Assembly: GCF_000172995.2 (NCBI RefSeq)
Contig: NC_014729.1
Location: forward strand, 750,001 to 782,000
Direction of reading: 5' to 3'
DNA: 32,000 bases
From: Halogeometricum borinquense DSM 11551
Lineage (GTDB): Archaea > Halobacteriota > Halobacteria > Halobacteriales > Haloferacaceae
Under the pieces are notes generated by a model. It was not told the origin of the DNA. It searched no databases and saw only the letters and a list, made by a program, of their open reading frames with translations. Each line of letters starts with the position of its first letter. Positions within the stretch are counted from its first letter, which is position 1. The position numbers and the translations under genes are program-made. Shown one piece after another: positions 1-9,424 of this stretch.

Positions 1-1455
1 GGTTTCGTCGGTGTCGGCGTCGTACTCGTCGGCATTGGCGTCGCCTCGCGGATCGGCGTCCTCGACACGAAACCCGACCGGACGGCGGGCGCACTTCCCG
101 CAGCCCTCTTCGGACTGATCGGGTTTGTCGTTGGGAGTCTTATCGGCTCCAGCACGCTCGGCTTCTCGACGTTCTGGCCGGTGTTCGGCATCGTTGGTGG
201 CGTTTCCCTCGCGGCCGCGGCACTCCTTCCCCGTGAGGATCTCGGCGTGACTATTCCTGCTGGTGGACTCGCGCTGTTCGGCGGGCTCACGTTCCTTACC
301 GGTCTCATCACGCCGTCGTGGACGTGGGAGCCCATAGCCGGATCGGCGACGTACACTGGTACGTTCGTTATCCCGTTCCTTGCTCTCTTCTTGGGCCTCC
401 TCACAGCGTGGGTCGGTGCCGAAGCCTACGGCGGATTCGGGACTCGCGGGCGTCAAATGGGTGCTTATCTCCTCATCGGTGCGAACGCAGTTGGGATGCT
501 CTCACTTCTCGTCATCCTTGTTGCGTTCGTCGTCAGTAAGGGATTCGCCCCGATGACTCGCGGGATCCGGTTCGGTCTGTTCTGGGAGCCGCTGACGTGG
601 TTCTACTTCCCGCCAATCGACAAATACGTCGTTATCGAAGGGCCGTTAGTGTGGTTCTACTGGCCGTTCGTGATGGAGGGCGTCGCGCTGATGACCGAGA
701 TCAACGGTATTTTCCCGGCAATCGTCGGCACGGTCTGGGTCGTCTTCGGCGCTGTCGTCTTCGCGATTCCACTCGGCGTCGGTGCGGCGGTTTTCCTGAC
801 CGAGTACGCCGAACGCGGGTGGTTCACTAAACTTGTCGAAATTTCAACCGATGGGTTGTGGAGTACGCCCAGTATCGTTTACGGGCTGTTCGGGCTGGCG
901 TTCCTCGTTCCCCGTCTCGGGAACACCACGTCGCTGCTCTCTGGAATGCTCGTTCTCGGCTTCATGATGCTTCCACTGGTGGTTATCACCAGCCGGGAGG
1001 CGCTCAAGAGCGTTCCTGACGACTACCGCGACGCCAGCGCTGCGCTCGGTGTCGGGAAATGGGAGACGATAAAAAGCGTCGTCCTCCCCGCCGCGATGCC
1101 CGGTGTTATCACCGGTGCCATCCTCGGTATTGGACGTATCGCGGGCGAGACGGCGCCGATCCTGCTCGTGATGGTCAGCGATCCGTTCCCCTCGCGTGCG
1201 ACAGATGTCTTCGCACCGGAGTTCGCCTTCGTCTCGGACTTCCCGTTCGTCCACGCACAAGTGATTGATCCGAATGCGTTGCTACAACCGACGAGTGCGC
1301 TCCCATACCAACTGTACGCGATAATTACAGCAGGTGTCGGCCAACGTGAATCGTTCGCGTGGGGGACGGCACTTGTGCTTCTCTTGGTCGTCTTGAGTTT
1401 CTACGTGGTCGGTATTGGCTCACGGATGTACTTCCGACGGAAGCTAGAACAATGA
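1..1455 (+). CDS. pstA: Phosphate ABC transporter permease PstA (5' end outside window)
   Basis: Frame 1 is open from nt 1, with no stop before the GTG at 181 that the ORF track uses. The product is a multi-TM protein with the ABC permease EAA-like region ([20 protein letters not shown]) and the tail [11 protein letters not shown]. It sits directly upstream of pstB with an ATGA overlap. Confidence 0.85.
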   Translation, partial: GFVGVGVVLVGIGVASRIGVLDTKPDRTAGALPAALFGLIGFVVGSLIGSSTLGFSTFWPVFGIVGGVSLAAAALLPREDLGVTIPAGGLALFGGLTFLTGLITPSWTWEPIAGSATYTGTFVIPFLALFLGLLTAWVGAEAYGGFGTRGRQMGAYLLIGANAVGMLSLLVILVAFVVSKGFAPMTRGIRFGLFWEPLTWFYFPPIDKYVVIEGPLVWFYWPFVMEGVALMTEINGIFPAIVGTVWVVFGAVVFAIPLGVGAAVFLTEYAERGWFTKLVEISTDGLWSTPSIVYGLFGLAFLVPRLGNTTSLLSGMLVLGFMMLPLVVITSREALKSVPDDYRDASAALGVGKWETIKSVVLPAAMPGVITGAILGIGRIAGETAPILLVMVSDPFPSRATDVFAPEFAFVSDFPFVHAQVIDPNALLQPTSALPYQLYAIITAGVGQRESFAWGTALVLLLVVLSFYVVGIGSRMYFRRKLEQ

Positions 1456-2360
1456 GTAACATGACACAGACGAATCCGGAAACTGAGGAAGCGAACGAAC
1501 AGATGACCGTCGTCGGAGAGAGCGACGAGGAACTCCGCGAGGAGTGGATCCAATACGAGTTCGAGGGCGAACCGAAGTTCTCGGTCCGCGACCTCAACGT
1601 GTGGTACGGCGACGACCACGCACTTCACGACATCTCGATGGACATCCCCGAAAAGAGTGTGACCGCACTCATCGGGCCGTCGGGATGTGGGAAGTCCACG
1701 TTCCTCCGATGCCTCAATCGGATGAACGACCGCATCAAAAGTGCGCGTGTCGATGGGTCAGTTAAGTTCGAGAATCAAGAGATATACCAGGACGGCACCG
1801 ACCTCGTAGAACTCCGAAAGCGCGTCGGACAGGTGTTCCAGTCGCCGAACCCGTTCCCGAAGTCGATTCGGAAGAACATCTCGTACGGCCCGCGAAAGCA
1901 CGGCGACATCAATACTGGACTTCTCGCACGCCTTACCGGCCGGGACGACTCCGACCGCGAAGACGAACTCGTCGAACGGTCGCTCAAACAGGCGGCCCTC
2001 TGGGACGAAGTGAGTGACCGACTCGGCGACAACGCGACTGGACTCTCTGGCGGACAACAACAGCGTCTCTGCATCGCACGGGCGCTGGCAACGGATCCGG
2101 AGGTCATCCTGATGGACGAACCTGCGTCCGCCCTTGACCCGGTCGCAACCTCGAAAATCGAAGATCTCATCGTCGATCTCGCGGAGGACTACACAGTCGT
2201 CGTCGTCACCCACAACATGCAACAGGCGGCCCGTATCTCAGATCAGACGGCTGTCTTCCTCACCGGTGGCTACCTCGTCGAGTACGACGACACCGACAAA
2301 ATCTTCGAGAATCCCGAGAGTCAGCGCGTCGAAGACTACATCACGGGCAAGTTCGGATAA
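1452..2360 (+). CDS. pstB: Phosphate ABC transporter ATP-binding protein PstB
   Basis: Walker [13 protein letters not shown] signature LSGGQQQR, Walker B ILMDEP and the PstB-typical [18 protein letters not shown] tail are present. The ATG at 1452 overlaps the pstA stop (ATGA). The track ORF start at 1359 would lie inside pstA. Confidence 0.93.
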   Translation: MSNMTQTNPETEEANEQMTVVGESDEELREEWIQYEFEGEPKFSVRDLNVWYGDDHALHDISMDIPEKSVTALIGPSGCGKSTFLRCLNRMNDRIKSARVDGSVKFENQEIYQDGTDLVELRKRVGQVFQSPNPFPKSIRKNISYGPRKHGDINTGLLARLTGRDDSDREDELVERSLKQAALWDEVSDRLGDNATGLSGGQQQRLCIARALATDPEVILMDEPASALDPVATSKIEDLIVDLAEDYTVVVVTHNMQQAARISDQTAVFLTGGYLVEYDDTDKIFENPESQRVEDYITGKFG

Positions 2361-2523
2361 CGTCGCTCTCAACGGACGGCGGTTGTCAGCTTCCTGCTTC
2401 TGACTGCGCTGTGCGAAGCAGTTTATACCGACACTCGATTTCGCGAATACGGAAATCCTTTCATCTGGCCTTCACGACCGCCTTTTCGCGCATCTTGGTC
2501 TCGGTATTGGTTCGCACGACACG

Positions 2524-2529
2524 TTTATT
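2524..2529 (+). promoter_or_regulatory. TATA-like box (TTTATT) for a leaderless phoU transcript
   Basis: The A/T hexamer is centred about 27 nt upstream of the ATG at 2554, which is the usual archaeal TATA-to-TSS spacing. Confidence 0.45.
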
Positions 2530-2553
2530 CGACTCCGCCGTGTGCGCCACACT

Positions 2554-3231
2554 ATGCCCCGAGAACAGTATCAGGACGCACTTGAGTCGCTCCGCGACGA
2601 CGTTCTCTACATGAGCGAAGTCGTCGCAGAGCGACTTCGAATGGGTCTGGATGCACTCGAACAGAAAGACGACCAGCTCGCAGAGGAGGTAATCGAGGGC
2701 GACGGCGAGATCAACCGAATGTATCTCGACCTCGAACAGGACTGCATCGACCTCATCGCGCTCCAGCAACCGGTTGCCTCGGACCTGCGTTTCATCGCCG
2801 CCTCGTTCAAGATCATCACGGATCTCGAACGAATCGGCGACTTGGCGACGAACCTTGCAAACTACGCAACTGAGGCGCAACGAGACGTGTTCCCCGAAGT
2901 CGATATTCAGCAGATCGGTGACGGAACGCTGGAAATGCTCGACAAGTCGATGGACGCGTACGCAGAAGAGAACCCCGAACTGTGTCGTGCTGTTGCCACT
3001 CAGGATGACGACATCGACGCGATGTGTGAGGCCGCAAGCGAGATGGTCGTCAGAGACCTGATCGAGACCGACCCGTTCGGTGAAGAAGACCGCGACGCAG
3101 AGGCCTATCTGTCTGATATCTCTCGGCTTCTCTTGACGGTTCGTGACCTCGAACGCGTCGGCGACCACGCTGTGAATATCGCCGCACGAGCGCTCTATAT
3201 GGTCGAAGACGACGACGAACTGCTCTACTAG
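2554..3231 (+). CDS. phoU: Phosphate uptake regulator PhoU
   Basis: Two PhoU repeats are visible (DLIALQQPVASDLRFIAASFKIITDLERIGDLATNLA and LLLTVRDLERVGDHAVNIA). The ORF opens at a GTG at 2542, but the ATG at 2554 fits the TATA spacing better. Confidence 0.9.
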   Translation: MPREQYQDALESLRDDVLYMSEVVAERLRMGLDALEQKDDQLAEEVIEGDGEINRMYLDLEQDCIDLIALQQPVASDLRFIAASFKIITDLERIGDLATNLANYATEAQRDVFPEVDIQQIGDGTLEMLDKSMDAYAEENPELCRAVATQDDDIDAMCEAASEMVVRDLIETDPFGEEDRDAEAYLSDISRLLLTVRDLERVGDHAVNIAARALYMVEDDDELLY

Positions 3232-3236
3232 ACCGC

Positions 3237-3242
3237 TTTTTT
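3237..3242 (+). terminator. Oligo-T terminator after phoU
   Basis: A T6 run lies 6 nt after the phoU stop codon. Archaeal termination signals are oligo-T tracts. Confidence 0.5.
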
Positions 3243-3382
3243 GCAGATTCGGTATTTTTCTCTGTTCCCTCTAGCGGTGTCGCCGAAGATCTCTCCTGCG
3301 GGTTTCCAAGCCGGTCTGGCGACGGATCAACACAATCGTTCTTCATATGACCGACACCGATTTGTGTTAGATCGGTGAATGA

Positions 3383-3568
3383 ATGTCTATGAACGTCCGT
3401 TCGACAACTGCGCAAGAGTGGTGGTCGTGGCAGTGGACTGCGACATTCGCAGTCATGTTCGGGTACTTCTTCGGAGCGATGCTCTGGGTCGCCGGATTCA
3501 AGATTTCCGCCGCACTGGTCGGTGTCATCGCCGTGCTTCTCGGGATGTCCGTTATCGCATCAGAATAG
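3383..3568 (+). CDS. Small hydrophobic membrane protein (61 aa), unknown function
   Basis: ORF MSMNVRSTTAQEWWSWQWTATFAVMFGYFFGAMLWVAGFKISAALVGVIAVLLGMSVIASE has two predicted TM helices. It sits in an otherwise empty intergenic gap. Confidence 0.45.
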   Translation: MSMNVRSTTAQEWWSWQWTATFAVMFGYFFGAMLWVAGFKISAALVGVIAVLLGMSVIASE

Positions 3569-3629
3569 TCGCACTGGCTCAACCCAATCGTTCTTCACGA
3601 GACGAAGCGCGTTTCGGGGTGTTGACAGC

Positions 3630-3648
3630 GGTGCGCGGAAGGCGCACC
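3630..3648. terminator. Stem-loop between convergent genes
   Basis: GGTGCGC-GGAAG-GCGCACC forms a 7-bp stem. A TTTTCTT tract on the minus strand (3654-3660) directly follows the cdc48 stop. Confidence 0.35.
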
Positions 3649-3666
3649 CGAGTCAAGAAAACGGTG

Positions 3667-5892
3667 CTATTGGAACCCGATCCGACCGTCGCGCCGGTCG
3701 GTGAGTTGATCGCGTGCGCCGCCTTTGAACTGATCTTGCATCTGTTCGTAGTAGTCCATCAGTTCGTCCGTGATCGTCGGACGGACGGCTTCCATCGCTT
3801 TGCGGAAGTGACGCATTTCGATCTCTTTTGCGTCGTCATCCTCACGAAGCGCCTCGATAGCGGCCTCACGCGCGATGGATTCGAGGTCGGAACCGACGTA
3901 GCCCTCGGTAATCTCCGCGATCTCACGCAGGCTCACGTCGGGGGCGAGCGGACTCGACTGCGTGTGAATCCGCAGGATCTGCTCGCGGCCCTCCTCGCCG
4001 GGTTGGCCGATGAGGACGAGACGGTCGAACCGTCCCGAGCGGATGAGCGCCGGGTCGATCATGTCCGGACGGTTGGTCGCGCCGATGACCATCACGTCGC
4101 CGTTCTCTTCGAGGCCGTCCAACTCAGTTAGGAGTTGGTTGACGACGCGTTCGGAGACGTTGTTGCCCATGTCGTTGCCCCGACTGGGTGCGAGGCTGTC
4201 CAACTCGTCGAAGAAGATGATGGTCGGACTGACCTGCCGCGCCTTGCGGAACGTCTGCCGAATCGCCTTCTCCGACTCGCCGACCCACTTCGAGAGCAAC
4301 TGCGGCCCACGAACCGAGATGAAGTTGGCGTTCGTCTCGTTAGCGACAGCTTTGGCGATGAGCGTCTTCCCCGTGCCGGGCGGCCCGTACAGGAGGACGC
4401 CCTTCGGCGGTTCGATACCCATCCGCTCGAACTTATCGCGCGACGTGAGCGGCCACTCGACGCTCTCTTTGACCTTCTGTTTGGGGTCTTCGAGTCCGCC
4501 GACATCGTCCCACGACACTTTCGGCAGTTCGACGAGGACTTCCCGCATCGCCGAGGGTTCTACCTCGGTGAGCGCGCCCTCGAAGTCGCTGCGCTTGACG
4601 ATCATCCGGTCGATGAGGCTCGGCGGGATGTCCTCCTCGTCTAAGTCGATTTCGGGGAGGTACCGCCGGAGCGCCTTCATCGCGGCTTCCTTCGTCAGCG
4701 ATTCGATGTCTGCACCGACGAAGCCGTGCGTCTCGTCTGCGAGATGATCCAGCGACACGTCGTCCGAAAGCGGCATCCCGCGGGTGTGAATCTGCAGAAT
4801 CTCCTTCCGGCCGGATTCGTCGGGCACACCGATTTCGATTTCGCGGTCGAATCGACCGGGACGGCGAAGCGCGGGGTCAACCGAATCGACACGGTTGGTC
4901 GCCGCGATGACGATGACCTGCCCGCGCGTCTCCAACCCGTCCATCATCGTCAGGAGTTGGGCGACGACGCGGCGTTCGACTTCGCCGGTCACGTCCTCAC
5001 GCTTGGGCGCGATGGAGTCCAGTTCGTCGATGAAGATGATCGACGGCGACTCCTCTTTTGCGTCCTCGAATATCTCGCGGAGTTGCTGTTCGGACTCGCC
5101 GTAGTATTTCGAGATAATCTCCGGCCCGGCGATGGAGAAGAAACTCGCTGACGTCTCGTTGGCGACTGCTTTCGCCAAGAGCGTCTTCCCCGTGCCGGGC
5201 GGCCCGTGTAACAGCACCCCTTGCGGCGGTTCGATACCCAATTTCTTGAATATCTGCGGGTGCTTCATCGGGAGTTCGACCATCTCCCGGACCCGCTGGA
5301 TCTCGCCTTGCAGGCCGCCGATGTCCTCGTACGTTATGCCGCCACCCGTCTTTTCGAACCCGGAGATGGGTTCCTCTCGGAGTTCCACCTCGGTGTCTTC
5401 GGTGACGAGACAGACGCCCTCCGGATCCGTCTCGACAGCGATAAGCGGGATCGCCTGTCCGGGCGACCGCATGAATGGGTGGTTCGTCGAGGACATCACG
5501 GGAACGATGTCGCGCTCGACGACCGGACGCTTGAGTATCTGGCGTTTGACCATTCCGGCGGCGTCGGAACCGAACTGGACGCTCGCTTCCTCCGGCGGCG
5601 CGAGGACGAGTTTCTCGGCCTTCGTCGCCTCTGCCTTCCGGATGGTCACCCGTTCGCCGATTCCTACATCGGCGTTCTGACGGGTGAAGCCGTCGATACG
5701 AACCGTGTCAGTGTTCCAGTCTTGGCGGTCGGCACGCCACACCTTCGCTGCCGTCGTCTCACCACCTTCGATCTCAATGATGTCGCCCGGTGAGAGTTTG
5801 AGATGGAGCAACGTGTCCGGGTCAAGACGGGCGATACCGCGACCCGAATCGTTCGGGTACGCCTTCGCCACTTCGAGTTGCACTTCGTTCAT
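3667..5892 (-). CDS. cdc48: Cdc48/VCP-type AAA+ ATPase (two AAA domains)
   Basis: The N-terminus [25 protein letters not shown] is the CDC48 N-domain. Two Walker A motifs (GPPGTGKT) and two Walker B motifs (IIFIDELD and IIFFDELD) are present. I chose the ATG at 5892; the upstream 36 codons of the ORF are basic and not typical of the family. Confidence 0.93.
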   Translation of the reverse strand: MNEVQLEVAKAYPNDSGRGIARLDPDTLLHLKLSPGDIIEIEGGETTAAKVWRADRQDWNTDTVRIDGFTRQNADVGIGERVTIRKAEATKAEKLVLAPPEEASVQFGSDAAGMVKRQILKRPVVERDIVPVMSSTNHPFMRSPGQAIPLIAVETDPEGVCLVTEDTEVELREEPISGFEKTGGGITYEDIGGLQGEIQRVREMVELPMKHPQIFKKLGIEPPQGVLLHGPPGTGKTLLAKAVANETSASFFSIAGPEIISKYYGESEQQLREIFEDAKEESPSIIFIDELDSIAPKREDVTGEVERRVVAQLLTMMDGLETRGQVIVIAATNRVDSVDPALRRPGRFDREIEIGVPDESGRKEILQIHTRGMPLSDDVSLDHLADETHGFVGADIESLTKEAAMKALRRYLPEIDLDEEDIPPSLIDRMIVKRSDFEGALTEVEPSAMREVLVELPKVSWDDVGGLEDPKQKVKESVEWPLTSRDKFERMGIEPPKGVLLYGPPGTGKTLIAKAVANETNANFISVRGPQLLSKWVGESEKAIRQTFRKARQVSPTIIFFDELDSLAPSRGNDMGNNVSERVVNQLLTELDGLEENGDVMVIGATNRPDMIDPALIRSGRFDRLVLIGQPGEEGREQILRIHTQSSPLAPDVSLREIAEITEGYVGSDLESIAREAAIEALREDDDAKEIEMRHFRKAMEAVRPTITDELMDYYEQMQDQFKGGARDQLTDRRDGRIGFQ

Positions 5893-6053
5893 GATTTGCT
5901 CGCGGGGATATGTCTGATTTCTCGGTTTCGGTGCGGGATAAGTGCTTCCCCGACTGGGGATTCTCGTGCCCGCCTCACTAAGAGTGACACTCCGCGGCAC
6001 AGTACGGCACGAAGATACAAATTCCTACCGACTCCGTCTCTCGATGCCATGGA

Positions 6054-6060
6054 ATTTTTA
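6054..6060 (+). promoter_or_regulatory. TATA box (ATTTTTA) for leaderless larC
   Basis: The box is centred 27 nt upstream of the ATG at 6084. Confidence 0.5.
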
Positions 6061-6083
6061 CTCATAACCGCCTCCTTGAAGAC

Positions 6084-7694
6084 ATGCGTACACTTGCGTT
6101 CGACGGACGAATGGGTGCTAGTGGTGACATGATTCTCGCGTCGCTTCTCGCCGCCGGTGCCGACCGGGATGCACTGGCCCCTGTCGAGAACGCTCTCGAT
6201 GTTCACTACGATGTCTCGACGGTGGTCAAAAACGGGATCTCCGCTCGTCGCGTTCGTGTCCGCTTGGATGATACTGCCGGCGGCGGCGAGGGAGCGAACG
6301 ACGGACACGACGCTGACGGGGGCCACGAGCACGCGCACGAACACGGAGATCATAGCCACGGTCACGAACACCATCACCACGCACACGACCACTCCCACGG
6401 TGAAGGCCACACGCACGACCACTCTCACGGCGCAGGCCACACGCACGACCACTCTCACGGCGCAGGCCACACGCACGACCACTCTCACGGCGCAGGCCAC
6501 ACGCACGACCACTCTCACGGCGCAGGCCACACGCACGACCACTCTCACGGCGCAGGCCACACGCACGACCACTCTCACGGCGCAGGCCACACGCACGACC
6601 ACTCTCACGGCGCAGGCCACACGCACGACCACTCTCACGGGGACCACACCGAACACCCCCACGACGATGATCATGCACACGAGACACCCGCTGAGGGACA
6701 CGGTCCGCACCGCGCGTACGCAGAAGTAGTCGAGATAGTCGAGTCGATGGGCTTGCCGAACGGCGTCGAACGGGACGCGAAAGCTATTTTCCGGATTCTC
6801 GGCGAGGCGGAAGCAGCGGTCCACGGCACCGAGTTGGATGAGACGCATTTCCACGAAGTCGGCGCAGACGACGCCATCGCGGACATCGTCGGCGCGTGTC
6901 TCCTCCTCGCTGACCTCGACGTCGAACGCGTCGTCACGTCGCCTCTTTCGACCGGCGGCGGCGAGCAGTCGATGGCGCACGGTACGTATCCAGTTCCGAC
7001 GCCCGCTGTCGTCGAAATCGCCCAGCGCGCCGACTGGTCGTTGAAAGGTGGTCCCGTCGAGGCGGAACTGTTGACGCCGACGGGCGCGGCAATTCTCGCG
7101 CACGTCGCCGAAGGCGTCGAGTCGCTCCCGACGCTCGAAATCGATGCCTCGGGGTACGGCGCGGGCGGATACGACTTTCCGGACCACCCGAACGTCCTGC
7201 GAACGCTCGTCGGCGACGGTGCGGGCCGTCTCATCCGCGACGAGATAACCGTCTTGGAGACGAACCTCGATGATGCCGCGCCGGAACTCCTCGGCGGTCT
7301 CCAATCGACGTTGAAAGACGTGGGCGCGCGCGACGTGACTATCCTTCCGGCGACGATGAAGAAGTCCCGACCCGGACATCTCGTCAAAGTCATCGTCAAA
7401 CCGGAGGACGCCGAACGCGTCGCGAACCGCCTCGCTGTCGAGACGGGAACGCTCGGCATCCGAGAACACGGTGCCGGACACCGATGGACCGCATCTAGAC
7501 GATTCGAGACAGCCGAACTCGAAATCGAGGACGAGAGACACGAGGTGGCGGTGAAAGTCGCGTCCGATGCCGAGGGAGCGGTGTACGATTACAGCGCCGA
7601 GTTCGATGAGGCTCAGGCCGTCGCCGACGAAACGGGCCTGCCAATCCGTGAGGTCATGCGACGCGCGGAGAACATCGTCGCAGGCGACGACTGA
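6084..7694 (+). CDS. larC: LarC-family nickel insertion protein (DUF111) with an expanded His-rich insert
   Basis: The N-terminus MRTLAFDGRMGASGDMILASLLAAG matches the LarC/DUF111 start motif. The remainder (HFHEVGADDAIADIVG, LSTGGG, TPTGAAIL, TMKKSRPGH) also fits the family. The His-rich tract lies at the position where LarC proteins carry one. Confidence 0.85.
   Translation: MRTLAFDGRMGASGDMILASLLAAGADRDALAPVENALDVHYDVSTVVKNGISARRVRVRLDDTAGGGEGANDGHDADGGHEHAHEHGDHSHGHEHHHHAHDHSHGEGHTHDHSHGAGHTHDHSHGAGHTHDHSHGAGHTHDHSHGAGHTHDHSHGAGHTHDHSHGAGHTHDHSHGAGHTHDHSHGDHTEHPHDDDHAHETPAEGHGPHRAYAEVVEIVESMGLPNGVERDAKAIFRILGEAEAAVHGTELDETHFHEVGADDAIADIVGACLLLADLDVERVVTSPLSTGGGEQSMAHGTYPVPTPAVVEIAQRADWSLKGGPVEAELLTPTGAAILAHVAEGVESLPTLEIDASGYGAGGYDFPDHPNVLRTLVGDGAGRLIRDEITVLETNLDDAAPELLGGLQSTLKDVGARDVTILPATMKKSRPGHLVKVIVKPEDAERVANRLAVETGTLGIREHGAGHRWTASRRFETAELEIEDERHEVAVKVASDAEGAVYDYSAEFDEAQAVADETGLPIREVMRRAENIVAGDD
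6391..6650 (+). repeat. 30-bp in-frame tandem repeat inside larC
   Basis: The unit actctcacggcgcaggccacacgcacgacc occurs 7 times without a single mismatch (6421-6630). It is flanked by one diverged copy (6391-6420) and one partial copy. It encodes (HDHSHGAGHT)n. Confidence 0.97.
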
Positions 7695-7733
7695 ATCCGG
7701 TTCGACTGGGCGACCGGATTTCAGCGCGTCGCA

Positions 7734-8507
7734 TCACTCCGTACCGTCGGTTTCGGTGTTTTCAGCGCCGTCGTTGTTCTCCGATTGGTGTTCGGCCAGT
7801 GCCTCCGAGACGGTGAGGTCGCCCGCGGCGACGCGGCGGGCGAGTCGTTCGTCGATGGTGCGGTTGTTCTCGGAGACGCGGCGGGAGTGGTCTTTGATTC
7901 GCTGAAGTTCGCCTTGGGTCGGTTCGATATCGCGTGAGTCAACAACCTCACCGTTCATCCGGGCGATGTTGACCGCGGCGAGGACATCGCCCATCCCGCG
8001 GGCGCCGGTTCCGAGATATGGCGTTGTTCCGGTCTCATCGACGAGTTCGACAGTCACGTCTTCCAGTTCGTTTACGATAGTCGAACCTTGGAGGCGTGCG
8101 CCGTCACCGATACGAACGATGGCGTCCGGACTATCTTCGACCTCCTGCCGGATGGTTTCTACCGTGTCGGCGAGCGGGACGTGAAACGCGGCGACGATGG
8201 TGTCACCCGAGAGTACGGCGATCCCCGGTCGAGTGCCGGGGTCTACGCCGATGACCGTTCGACCACCGCCGCCGCGGAGGATACTGATCGCTTCCTCGAC
8301 GGCGCGGCGGGTTTCGCCTGCTGACGCGACGACAGTTTCGACGCCCGACGGAATCTCTACCTCGTCGGTCCCAGAAACGACGACGACGTCCGCTTGGTCG
8401 GGTATCTCGGCTCCGGGTTTGACCGTGGTGAAGGCGACACCCCTGTCACGGAGGTCGCCCACGATTTCGTGGTAGAGTTCGAAGTCAGCAGTGGCGACGA
8501 CTATCAC
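7734..8507 (-). CDS. RNase-H-fold (YqgF/RuvX-like) putative nuclease, conserved archaeal protein
   Basis: Motifs VIGVDPGTRPGIAVL, VELVDETGTT and GMGDVLAAVNIA resemble the GxDxG, DERxTT and DxxAAxxI motifs of YqgF/RuvC-fold proteins. The ORF extends to 8675, but that part is basic and overlaps the radB 5' region. A GTG at 8507 starts VIVVATADF. Confidence 0.6.
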   Translation of the reverse strand: MIVVATADFELYHEIVGDLRDRGVAFTTVKPGAEIPDQADVVVVSGTDEVEIPSGVETVVASAGETRRAVEEAISILRGGGGRTVIGVDPGTRPGIAVLSGDTIVAAFHVPLADTVETIRQEVEDSPDAIVRIGDGARLQGSTIVNELEDVTVELVDETGTTPYLGTGARGMGDVLAAVNIARMNGEVVDSRDIEPTQGELQRIKDHSRRVSENNRTIDERLARRVAAGDLTVSEALAEHQSENNDGAENTETDGTE

Positions 8508-8598
8508 TCGTGGACGTTTGCGAGGCGAGCGGTAAAACGTGTCGCGCGAGACGGCCGGACCGGGGGGTTTTTTCGGCAGACACGACTCACCTCCTCTC

Positions 8599-9294
8599 GT
8601 GTCCGAGTCAGTTACTACCGGTTGCCGTTCGCTCGACGACCTCTTGGGGGGTGGGTTCGAGCGCGGCACCGTCACGCAGGTCTATGGACCTCCGGCGGCG
8701 GGGAAGACGAACGTCGCCCTCTCAGCGGCGGTTCGTGTCGCTGCTGCGGGCGGAACCGTCGTCTACATCGACACCGAGGGGCTCTCGGTGGACCGGTTCC
8801 AGCAACTCGCAGAACACGTCGCTGGACCGGAGCAGTCGATAGAGGACGTGACTTCTCGACTCATCGTCTCGGAGGCGCACGACTTCGAAGAACAGGAGGA
8901 AGCCGTCCGCGACACCACGGAGTTCGCCGAACAGGCCGACCTCGTAGTTCTCGACAGTGCAACCGGGTTCTACCGTCTCGAACGGACGATGGACAAAGAC
9001 GGCGGGGAGTCGCTTCGCCGGGTCGCACGGCAGGTGACGCATCTGCTTTCGCTCGCTCGCAAACACGACCTCGCGGTGGTCATCACGAATCAGGTGTTCT
9101 CCGACCCCGACAGCGACCAGATTCGTGCCCTCGGCGGTCACACGCTCGAACACTGGACGGGGGCAGTGCTCCGAATTGACCGGTTCCGCGGCGGCAACCG
9201 CCGCGCAACACTGGAGAAACACCGCGCAAAACCTGCGGGTGAGACGGCTACGTTCGAGATCACCGACGGCGGCATCTCCTCGACGCAACTGTAG
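8599..9294 (+). CDS. radB: DNA repair and recombination protein RadB
   Basis: SVTTGCRSLDDLLGGGFERGTVTQVYGPPAAGKTNVAL carries the Walker A, and LVVLDS is the Walker B. The length is short for a RecA-family protein and there is no N-terminal HhH domain. The start is ambiguous: GTG at 8599 (typical RadB N-terminus) or GTG at 8539. Confidence 0.88.
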   Translation: MSESVTTGCRSLDDLLGGGFERGTVTQVYGPPAAGKTNVALSAAVRVAAAGGTVVYIDTEGLSVDRFQQLAEHVAGPEQSIEDVTSRLIVSEAHDFEEQEEAVRDTTEFAEQADLVVLDSATGFYRLERTMDKDGGESLRRVARQVTHLLSLARKHDLAVVITNQVFSDPDSDQIRALGGHTLEHWTGAVLRIDRFRGGNRRATLEKHRAKPAGETATFEITDGGISSTQL

Positions 9295-9424
9295 CGCACG
9301 CTTTTCGGCACACGCTAAGCACACGCCTTACAGTCTATTTCACTTGCCTCTCACCCGTCGCTCACGGCAGAGAATAGTGAGAGAGTGAGTCGAACCGTCG
9401 AGGTTGGTTCGGGGTGGCTCCGGC

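Noticed and set aside
6391-6650. Regularly spaced 30-bp repeats that look like a CRISPR array at first glance.
   Set aside because: The units are directly abutting with no spacers. They are in frame within larC and encode a His-rich peptide. No cas genes or leader are present.
5889-7541. A 550-aa minus-strand ORF antisense to larC, with many other long antisense or off-frame ORFs across the window (for example 3379-4131, 4010-4747, 8394-9179, 11009-11632, 28457-29644 and 15345-16046).
   Set aside because: These ORFs are Arg/Val/Ser-rich and basic, unlike the acidic halophilic proteins on the opposite strand or frame. In high-GC DNA, long stop-free frames opposite real genes are expected. The opposite-strand genes have clear family motifs.
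8508-8675. The N-terminal 56-codon extension of the RNase-H-fold gene, and likewise 8539-8598 of radB, 30964-31044 of gcvPA, 5893-6000 of cdc48 and 1359-1451 of pstB.
   Set aside because: The extensions are Arg/Pro/Ser-rich, overlap neighbouring genes or promoters, and precede N-termini that match the respective families. I preferred the internal starts. The choice remains unverified for radB and its neighbour.
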